Positions 17,325 through 24,262 of a stretch of DNA of 24,262 nucleotides are shown here, one piece after another (the first letter of the stretch is position 1; the number at the start of each line of letters is the position of its first letter). Where the stretch lies: contig JAYEOM010000034.1 in NCBI GenBank assembly GCA_034722955.1, positions 27,722-51,983 of the forward strand. The letters run 5' to 3'. This stretch comes from Campylobacterota bacterium. Its GTDB lineage: Bacteria; Campylobacterota; Campylobacteria; Campylobacterales; Sulfurovaceae. Under the pieces are notes generated by a model that saw only the letters and a program-made list of their open reading frames with translations, was not told the DNA's origin and searched no databases. The position numbers and the translations under genes were made by a program.

Positions 17325-19340
17325 CTAAAACTTATAGTTGAGTTCAAATTTGATATTTCTACCCATTGCAGCATAGTTGAGCTGTTGCCACCCGTAGGAG
17401 AGGTGATCATAATACTTTTTATCTAATATATTCTCAAACGAAAGCGATGCGTTGATACCGTTGCTATGGATTAGATAGGTTTTGAAATCTACTGTAGTGT
17501 ACCCTGGAGTCTCCTTCTCTCCTACACCGATCTCGTCTTGTCTTGCTGCACTGGTAGCTGAGAGTTCTAGGTTGATATCCATATCACTCCAGTAGGTCTC
17601 ATAGTTGACTCCATAGCGAGCCTTGTTTGCAGGGATAGCAGTGAGTGCACCCCCTGTGTCATCATCCTCTCCTTTGATAAATGAGCCTGAGACAAAGAGG
17701 CTCAATGTATCACTGATAAAGTAACTAAAGTCTAGTTCGCCACCATAGATCTTTGCATTGGTTATATTTTGATATTGGTAGATCTGCTCAGAGACTGGGT
17801 CAGTTGGATTGGTGAGAATCTTTCTGATGAGGTCATCGATACTATTGTAGTAGAGTGAGAATGAAGCTCTATAGTCATCTGTAGCGATTCGTACACCAAT
17901 ATCACTATTGAGACTAATCTCTGGGTCAAGATTTGGGTTTCCTCTATCTTGTGATGGACCATCATGTGGACCAAAGTAGTATCGCTCTATGAGTGTAGGG
18001 GCTCTAAAAGCACGACTGATATTGGCATAGATATTGCTCTTCTTGTTAATATGGTAGACTACTCCTATCTCACCACTCATAGCTGAATCTCTGTCAGATT
18101 GTGGTGAAGTGATAAAAAATGGCTCAGGGGCCCCATCTGTTTTTGTTTCGATAGAGTCATAACGCACACCTGCTGTCATACTCCAACACTCGCTTAGTGT
18201 GATAGCATCTTGCATAAAGACCCCTATGCCATCTCTAGAAGATGGAGAGATGACAGGTACACCGCTAAATTTACCAATGACTGGAGGATATCCATTCATG
18301 ATGCGTGAAGAGGTGAGATCCTCATCAAAGAGATCAAATCCTGTAGTAACGCGGTGCATATCATTAGGCACTAAAACCCACTGCCCACGGAGTGTAGAGG
18401 TATCCTTGTCAACCTTTATATCGGTAAGTTTATTCTCGTCTGGTTGGCGTATACGGTGCCTGTTGTGCTCCTGGTGGCTTGCAACCAAAGAGAACTTTCG
18501 AAGCAGTCCCGTATCAGAACGATAGGCAATCTTAGTGTCACCCATTGTATGTGTCTCATCCTTGTAGTAATCAGAGACGAAGTCTCTAGGTGCAGTGATA
18601 CCGATATCAGCTCTGTTTTGCCAAATATTGAGTGCTATACTCCAATCACCCATTGTGTAGTCACCACCGCCCCAAACGGTATATCCATCATAAAAACTAA
18701 ACTTCACATCCTCTTCGGGCGATTTGATATCGTCTGATTTTCGCTTGATGCCTCCTAGATAGAGATTCAAGTTTTTTCCGCTAAGGTTTATCTGTCCTTT
18801 GGCTCTCTTTTCATTACTGTTGCTCCCATAGCCCAATCCTACTTCACCACTTACGGTGAGATTGTCATCCTCTGTTTGTACTGATTTTTTGGTGATGATA
18901 TTGACAACCCCACCTATGGCACCAGCACCATAGAGTACAGAGCCTGACCCTTTGACTATCTCTACTTTCTCTATCTGTGCGGGGTCTATGGAGAGGATAT
19001 GGTTGCCTCCTGGTCTCTCATCTGAGAGCCTCACTCCATTGACAAGTATCAAAACTTGCTCATCAGAGAGTCCACGAATGACAGGCATGACTGAGCCTCC
19101 TGCACTTTTGGCATCGACTCCACTTGTCTGTTCGAAGATCTCCTTGGTAGTAGTTACCCCTTGTTGTTGCATAGTATCCGAACTTATCACAGCTACTGAT
19201 ACTGGTGCTTGTGTTGCTTTGAGTTGAGGGTTTTGTGTCGCTGTTACACTCACCTCCCCAAGCTCGACACTCTCATCTGCGCAGAGTGGATTTGCTAGGA
19301 GTATAGCAGTAGCCATACTCAAGTAGATTTTTTTTCTCAT
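17325..19340 (-). CDS. TonB-dependent outer-membrane receptor (probably metal/metallophore)
   Basis: Signal peptide, TonB-box-like ESVELGEVSVTA, plug motifs IRGL and IEKVEIVKGSGSVLYGAGAIGGVVNIITK, RAPT, GNPNLDPE, NILDKKYYDHL, terminal Phe. Confidence 0.93.
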   Translation of the reverse strand: MRKKIYLSMATAILLANPLCADESVELGEVSVTATQNPQLKATQAPVSVAVISSDTMQQQGVTTTKEIFEQTSGVDAKSAGGSVMPVIRGLSDEQVLILVNGVRLSDERPGGNHILSIDPAQIEKVEIVKGSGSVLYGAGAIGGVVNIITKKSVQTEDDNLTVSGEVGLGYGSNSNEKRAKGQINLSGKNLNLYLGGIKRKSDDIKSPEEDVKFSFYDGYTVWGGGDYTMGDWSIALNIWQNRADIGITAPRDFVSDYYKDETHTMGDTKIAYRSDTGLLRKFSLVASHQEHNRHRIRQPDENKLTDIKVDKDTSTLRGQWVLVPNDMHRVTTGFDLFDEDLTSSRIMNGYPPVIGKFSGVPVISPSSRDGIGVFMQDAITLSECWSMTAGVRYDSIETKTDGAPEPFFITSPQSDRDSAMSGEIGVVYHINKKSNIYANISRAFRAPTLIERYYFGPHDGPSQDRGNPNLDPEISLNSDIGVRIATDDYRASFSLYYNSIDDLIRKILTNPTDPVSEQIYQYQNITNAKIYGGELDFSYFISDTLSLFVSGSFIKGEDDDTGGALTAIPANKARYGVNYETYWSDMDINLELSATSAARQDEIGVGEKETPGYTTVDFKTYLIHSNGINASLSFENILDKKYYDHLSYGWQQLNYAAMGRNIKFELNYKF

Positions 19341-19351
19341 AGATATTTTCC

Positions 19352-19373
19352 TTTTATCACTAAAAAAGTCTAT
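19352..19373 (-). terminator. Weak hairpin with U-rich 3' arm between the leader ORF and the TBDT
   Basis: Minus strand AAAGAGUC-AGAUA-GACUUUUUU: 8-bp stem with one G-U pair, ending next to the TBDT RBS. Confidence 0.3.
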
Positions 19374-19420
19374 CTGACTCTTTACTTATAATTGCATTGA
19401 TTTTTTTGGGTGGACAGTAT

Positions 19421-19759
19421 CTATACTAGTGGAGGGGCGTGAGAAAAGTATCCTAGAGCTAAAGCTTTGACTACATACTTCCTAGGTAGAGGAGATGCCT
19501 CAAACTCTATGGGAACTTGAGTTAATATAGAGGCTCTTTTGTAGACTCGTTGGGGCTGAGTTATCTGTGCTGTATAGAGTGAAACTCTTTCATGAAAAAA
19601 AGCTTCGCTATGAGAGACACTCTTGGTTTGCTTGCTTGCAGCACAGACTTGACACTGCTTGTCTGCCTTAAAGTGATGCTCAAAGTGTGTAATATTTGCA
19701 TAATAAACAAAGAGAACAAATGGTACTAATAGTAGTTTGATATATTTATATTTGTTCAC
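19421..19759 (-). CDS. DUF2946/CruR/CutF-like metal-binding leader ORF with RAPP-like C-terminal motif
   Basis: GTG start; basic then hydrophobic N-terminus; H25-x-x-H28-H29; C36-Q-V-C39; C-terminus YFSHAPPLV; first gene upstream of a TBDT. Confidence 0.7.
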   Translation of the reverse strand: MNKYKYIKLLLVPFVLFVYYANITHFEHHFKADKQCQVCAASKQTKSVSHSEAFFHERVSLYTAQITQPQRVYKRASILTQVPIEFEASPLPRKYVVKALALGYFSHAPPLV

Positions 19760-19902
19760 TGAGACTTCTTGTGGTTTTAATTTATTGATTTTACTATATA
19801 TAACCTATGAATAAGGATTGAGTTTGAGATTTAGGTAAAATTACCTCATATAATAGAAACAGCCAAACTCTAAAAGTTCCTAAAGTTTCTGCTCAGCATC
19901 AA

Positions 19903-19956
19903 CCCGAATTATGCAACAGAATTGCTAGTTTAGTAATCTCTATTGCGTATTTCGGG
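19903..19956. repeat. 54-nt imperfect inverted repeat
   Basis: Arms pair as CCCGAA/TTCGGG, TATGCAA/TTGCGTA, AGA/TCT and ATTGCTA/TAGTAAT around a GTT loop. Confidence 0.7.
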
Positions 19957-19994
19957 ATAAAATAGTGATAATATATAGGAAATTTCTTTAGTTT

Positions 19995-20003
19995 TGCTAT
20001 AAT
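19995..20003 (+). promoter_or_regulatory. Extended -10 (TGCTATAAT) 5 nt before the HD-GYP ATG
   Basis: Perfect TGnTATAAT; no SD precedes ATG 20009. Confidence 0.6.
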
Positions 20004-20008
20004 AAATT

Positions 20009-22369
20009 ATGGAAAAAATAAATCAAAAATCTCTAATCATCTCTGTAGTTATTTTACTGATCTTACTCGTAACTTTTTTTATAATCCTTCAACTCATCTC
20101 ATCAAAAAACAGTGAAAAATTACTCTCTGAGCAGCAACTCATTCAAGAGGCCAAAGCTCACTTTCAGGGTATGGTAGATACTCGCTCCTGGAATGCCAAA
20201 TATGGTGGTGTTTATGTCAAAGCAACAGATGGGCTTGAGCCAAACCCTTATCTGAAAAACAATACTCTACTTACTGATAAAAATAAAACTCTCATCAAAA
20301 TAAATCCTGCATGGATGACAAGACAGATATCTGATATATCTAACAAACAGGGTAACTATCACTTCAAGATCACCAGTCTGAAGCCGATAAATCCATCAAA
20401 TAGAGCGGACAAATTTGAAACCCAAGCACTTAAATTTTTTGATAATAATCCTAAAGAGAACTATTTCTATATCTTCAATAGAGATGAAAAAAGTTTTAAT
20501 TTTATGGGAGCACTGCCTACAGCGCAAGCCTGCCTAAAGTGTCATGAGTATCAGGGTTATAAGATTGGAGATATCAGAGGTGGGATTAGGGTCTCTGTGC
20601 CTCTGGAGCTTCACAATGAACATATGACTCTTTTGTCAGAAAAAACTAAAAATAGTATCATTATTGTACTTATTATTGCCATTATACTTATCGCGATACT
20701 ATACTGGTTTATCGATCTATTGTATAGACGCAAATACGAAATAGAGCATGCAAATGAGATACTGGAAGAGAGAGTAAAGCAGAGAACTTATGATCTTGAA
20801 GTGGTTGCATCTCATGAACTACATCTAAAAGATGTATTGAAGATCATAACAGAGGTTAATGAGATGCTTATAACATCTTACTCTACAGAGACTATTTTGA
20901 AAAATGCTACCAATAAGCTCTCTACAAATGGAGCATACTCTTTAGTTTTGAGTGGATTGATTCATGGAGATATTTTAGATATTATCTCCAAATCTTCAGA
21001 GGTTACAAATTTAGTACCTCAAGATATAGTTTCACTTAAAGAGCAAGATGATCAAAACTTTTTGTTTGATGCCGTAGAGAAAGCTACAAAATTAAAATAC
21101 CCTATTATAGAAAAAGTTTCTCAAGAGTTACTCTGTAGTGATGAGTGCAGACGCAAAGATGAGTTGGATCTTCAATGGATGATAGTTTTACCACTGCTGC
21201 ATGGCTTTGAAAATGATGTTTATGGCATGATCACTGTATTTTGTTCACGAGAAAATGGCTTTGAAGTAGAGGAGATAAAGATACTGGAAAATATGGCTCA
21301 TGATATCAGTATCGCCCTATACTCACACAAACAAAGAGACTCTATCCTTGAGATGGAAAAAGAGAAGAGTGCCAACTATGAAGAGACTATATTAGCCTTT
21401 GTCAATATCATAGAGCAGCGTGATACCTATACTGCCGGTCATACTATCCGAGTGGCAGAGTACTGTGCAATCATCGCTAAATATATGGGATTTAGCGATG
21501 AAGATATACACCAATTGGAGAAAGCTGCTATCTTGCATGATATAGGTAAGGTAGCTACCCCCGATACGATACTTCTCAAGCCTGGTAAATTATCTCATCT
21601 TGAATATGAGCTTATTCAGCAGCATGCTGAAATTGGTGCTGATATGCTTGAGAGAATCACTATCTACAGAGATTTGGCAGATATCATCAGATATCATCAC
21701 TCTAGGTATGATGGAGAAGGATACCCAAAGACTGCCTCACCTGATAATATATCAATGTCATCACATATCATGATCGTTGCAGATGCTTTCGATGCTATGA
21801 CAACAAATCGAATCTACAGATCAAGAAAGAGTATTGATGAAGCTCTGCAAGAGTTGATAGACGGTAGAGCCGAACAGTTTCATCCAGAGGTCGTAGATGC
21901 TGCTATCATCGCCTTGAAAGATATCAACATCAGTAGTACATCGCAGATGCCAACTTCAGAGATGGAGCAGAGACGAATGTCCTATTTCTTCCAAGATGCC
22001 CTCACAGGACTCTACAACGAAGACTATTTGCAAACAATGCTCAACTCCAATAATCATAACTATAGATGTCTCAATATAATAGATATGAAAAAGTTCACAA
22101 AATACAATCAAACATATGGTTGGGAAGAGGGAAATAGCCTGCTTAAGAGATTTGCCAAGTTTTTAAAGACCTCCTTCCCAGATGCTATAGTCGTACGATA
22201 TCATGGAGATGATTTTGTTATCTTAAGTCGCATACATGATGTCATCAGCTCGGAAGTGATGTCAAAATGTGATATTATAAAGCAAAATATTATAGAGATA
22301 GATATTGTACATTATGATATAGATTCATATTTTAATTTTGAGAAGTTTAAAAATATAGAAGACAGATAG
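20009..22369 (+). CDS. Membrane signalling protein: heme-c DUF3365 (Tll0287-like) sensor + GAF + HD-GYP + degenerate GGDEF
   Basis: TM, then TSLKPINPSN and CLKCH...GDIRGGI (DUF3365), a second TM, a GAF-like region, RDTYTAGH, HDIGK, HHSRYDGEGYP, VADAFDAMT, then DALTGLYN...RYHGDDF. Confidence 0.88.
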   Translation: MEKINQKSLIISVVILLILLVTFFIILQLISSKNSEKLLSEQQLIQEAKAHFQGMVDTRSWNAKYGGVYVKATDGLEPNPYLKNNTLLTDKNKTLIKINPAWMTRQISDISNKQGNYHFKITSLKPINPSNRADKFETQALKFFDNNPKENYFYIFNRDEKSFNFMGALPTAQACLKCHEYQGYKIGDIRGGIRVSVPLELHNEHMTLLSEKTKNSIIIVLIIAIILIAILYWFIDLLYRRKYEIEHANEILEERVKQRTYDLEVVASHELHLKDVLKIITEVNEMLITSYSTETILKNATNKLSTNGAYSLVLSGLIHGDILDIISKSSEVTNLVPQDIVSLKEQDDQNFLFDAVEKATKLKYPIIEKVSQELLCSDECRRKDELDLQWMIVLPLLHGFENDVYGMITVFCSRENGFEVEEIKILENMAHDISIALYSHKQRDSILEMEKEKSANYEETILAFVNIIEQRDTYTAGHTIRVAEYCAIIAKYMGFSDEDIHQLEKAAILHDIGKVATPDTILLKPGKLSHLEYELIQQHAEIGADMLERITIYRDLADIIRYHHSRYDGEGYPKTASPDNISMSSHIMIVADAFDAMTTNRIYRSRKSIDEALQELIDGRAEQFHPEVVDAAIIALKDINISSTSQMPTSEMEQRRMSYFFQDALTGLYNEDYLQTMLNSNNHNYRCLNIIDMKKFTKYNQTYGWEEGNSLLKRFAKFLKTSFPDAIVVRYHGDDFVILSRIHDVISSEVMSKCDIIKQNIIEIDIVHYDIDSYFNFEKFKNIEDR

Positions 22370-22377
22370 TAATCTTC

Positions 22378-22399
22378 TAGAGCCAGAGCAGAGGCTCTA
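22378..22399. terminator. Hairpin between convergent genes
   Basis: TAGAGCC-N8-GGCTCTA perfect 7-bp stem; no clear U-tract. Confidence 0.35.
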
Positions 22400-24037
22400 T
22401 AGAGTTTGGAACTTAAACTTCCAATAAGCCAATTTGGCTTTTAGCTTCTCTATAAGAGATTTTCTTTTAGTCGGTGGTAAGCTTTTGGCTATTACCTCTT
22501 TTAAGTCTCTCATCAAGATCTCTTTCTCTGCAAAATAGGAGTGTCCCAAAAGACTAGTATCAATACCGCTTGCGTCGATCGTATCTAAACCCTCATAGAC
22601 AAAAACATCCTCCTCTCCACCTTGTCCTATCCTCTCTCCACTATGGAGTCTATTGGATAATTTCAAAGCAGCATCATCTGAACTGGCATAGAGTGTGATC
22701 TTATCTGTTGTTTTTGTGATATAGGGCAATAGGCTTACTTGGAATACATCTCTGTCGATATCGGGAGCAGCTAGTATAATATTTTTGAAGAGATGTTTCC
22801 CCGGATAGATATAAGAGATCTCCTTGAGGGCATTTGTCAGTGCTCTTGTCCCCATACTATGTCCAATGATATGTATATTGGCATCTCCTCTGTTGTCAAT
22901 GACTTTTTTTAGAAATGCTACGAGATGTGGAACCGTGTACTGAACAGATGACTCATCTCTCATATATTCGTTGACTTCTCCCTGGCTTGGCCAAGAGTAA
23001 GCCATAGGCAGACCCTTGAACTTCAGATCATAGGATATCTGTGCAGTTCTTCTGATAGCTCCGGCGAAAGTGACATTAAATCCGTGAATAATGATCAAAA
23101 TATCCTGCTCTTTGACATTTGTGAGTTTACTTTTGAGGAGTGAAAGAAACTTTCCCCCATCAATATTTTCGAGTTTGGTGATCAGAACATGTTCTCCTAT
23201 AGTTTCACTTTCCCAGAATTTCGGTCTCTCCATAGCTCCTAGCTTGTGTTCTTTGGGTATACTGACCTGTGCTACACCATATTTGAGTTTGCCTCTCTCA
23301 CCTGTGTAGTAACTCTCCCAGTCTGATCTGTTGGAGTTGATTTTTCTGTCAGTTCCATATAAGATATCTACGATAGTGTGTTTGTCCTTTTCATAAAAAA
23401 CCTGACTATGTCTATCCATCGCATAGTATAGTGTCGAAGATACCTTTTGGTCTACCAGCTTATCTCCAAAGGCATTGGTCACTTCGACCTTGGAGTCATT
23501 TTCCAGATAGTTAACCGGTATTCTAAACAGTGTCTTGTCGCTCTCCTTATTTACGATCTCTTTTACGACTGTGCCGTCTGGTTTTTTGATGCTGAGTGTC
23601 ACGGGTAGGGGTCCATACTCTTCACTGTAGATAACCACCTCTCTTTTGGAGGGGGGAAGTGATATGATCCCTTTGATGACTTTGTCTCTGTCGATGTCTC
23701 TGTTGGACGCAGGGTCATCTTTCTGCTTGGTAGTGATGATGGCTTCATCCTTGATCGAAGAGAGGAGTGCCTTGATATCTGTATCATCGCCTAAAGGGAT
23801 CTGGTAACACTCAGGATTTTTACTGCTCAGTTTTACTTTGTCATCAATGATAACTCTACCTGATCCATCAACGAAGCAGATCATTGTGCCAGATTGTAGC
23901 GTCAGATTATGATCTTCGGGTACCTTGAACTCTTGACCATTTATCAGCAGTGTTGCATCGCCGCCTTTGACTATCAGATGACTCGCAAACCCAAAGGTAA
24001 CACTCAATAGCAGAAACAGTATAAACTTCATATTCAT
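22397..24037 (-). CDS. Secreted alpha/beta hydrolase (DUF900) with uncharacterised N-terminal domain
   Basis: Start set at MNMKFILF after AAGGGG; signal peptide; ILYGTDR, IHGFN, YSWPS, nucleophile elbow GHSMG, LAAPDID and GHSYF. Confidence 0.85.
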   Translation of the reverse strand: MNMKFILFLLLSVTFGFASHLIVKGGDATLLINGQEFKVPEDHNLTLQSGTMICFVDGSGRVIIDDKVKLSSKNPECYQIPLGDDTDIKALLSSIKDEAIITTKQKDDPASNRDIDRDKVIKGIISLPPSKREVVIYSEEYGPLPVTLSIKKPDGTVVKEIVNKESDKTLFRIPVNYLENDSKVEVTNAFGDKLVDQKVSSTLYYAMDRHSQVFYEKDKHTIVDILYGTDRKINSNRSDWESYYTGERGKLKYGVAQVSIPKEHKLGAMERPKFWESETIGEHVLITKLENIDGGKFLSLLKSKLTNVKEQDILIIIHGFNVTFAGAIRRTAQISYDLKFKGLPMAYSWPSQGEVNEYMRDESSVQYTVPHLVAFLKKVIDNRGDANIHIIGHSMGTRALTNALKEISYIYPGKHLFKNIILAAPDIDRDVFQVSLLPYITKTTDKITLYASSDDAALKLSNRLHSGERIGQGGEEDVFVYEGLDTIDASGIDTSLLGHSYFAEKEILMRDLKEVIAKSLPPTKRKSLIEKLKAKLAYWKFKFQTL

Positions 24038-24102
24038 CATACACCCCTTAATCATATTTAGTATTTCATACTATATTATCATATTTAGATTTACAAAAGA
24101 CT

Positions 24103-24262
24103 TTAGAGGCTCCCCTCAGCAGGTCTCTCTCGGTCGCTCTGTTTCGATGATGAGACTTTAAAGTCTTCAATCCCTTCGATCTTGGCTATTATTTTTACAG
24201 TTTTGCCTAGTATCATACTGCCTGTTCCAACAGCACTATGCAAATTTAAATCAAAATCCTTT
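24103..24262 (-). CDS. 3' end of a YceI-family protein (partial)
   Basis: Hand translation KDFDLNLHSAVGTGSMILGKTVKIIAKIEGIEDFK...GSL* resembles the YceI C-terminal strands (RxDFGL...G..LxGxxVxI). Confidence 0.6.
   Translation of the reverse strand, partial: KDFDLNLHSAVGTGSMILGKTVKIIAKIEGIEDFKVSSSKQSDRERPAEGSL

Noticed and set aside
24153..24166. Perfect 14-bp palindrome AGACTTTAAAGTCT
   Set aside because: Lies inside the YceI coding tail, is AT-centred and has no supporting context.

Overview
AT-rich bacterial chromosomal segment. The cbpA-hspR pair, TGnTATAAT promoters and gene content suggest Campylobacterota, possibly Sulfurovum-like (inference). Left end, minus strand: a partial secreted FecR-domain protein with a tandem-repeat Pro-rich linker, a TPR/outer-membrane beta-barrel (Slam/DUF560-like) protein, a DUF4214 + seven-blade SBBP surface protein and two NlpC/P60 lipoproteins. 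These diverge from cbpA-hspR, whose promoter carries a clear HAIR operator. Middle: a Gly-zipper lipoprotein, MscS, a convergent transaldolase/pgl pair (pgl is GC-rich), DUF3817 and a ParDE-like toxin-antitoxin pair. Right: a minus-strand uptake cluster (TonB-dependent receptor plus five-gene Dpp/Nik-type ABC importer), a heme-c-sensor HD-GYP protein, a secreted DUF900 hydrolase and the 3' end of a YceI gene. The best candidate for a new system is the 112-aa ORF heading the uptake cluster. It has a hydrophobic N-terminus, HxxHH/CxxC motifs and a C-terminal HAPP, resembling CruR/CutF (DUF2946) metal-sensing ribosome-arrest leaders. A 9-codon uORF is also coupled to the ABC solute-binding gene. 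All family calls come from motif recognition by eye; no database searches were run.
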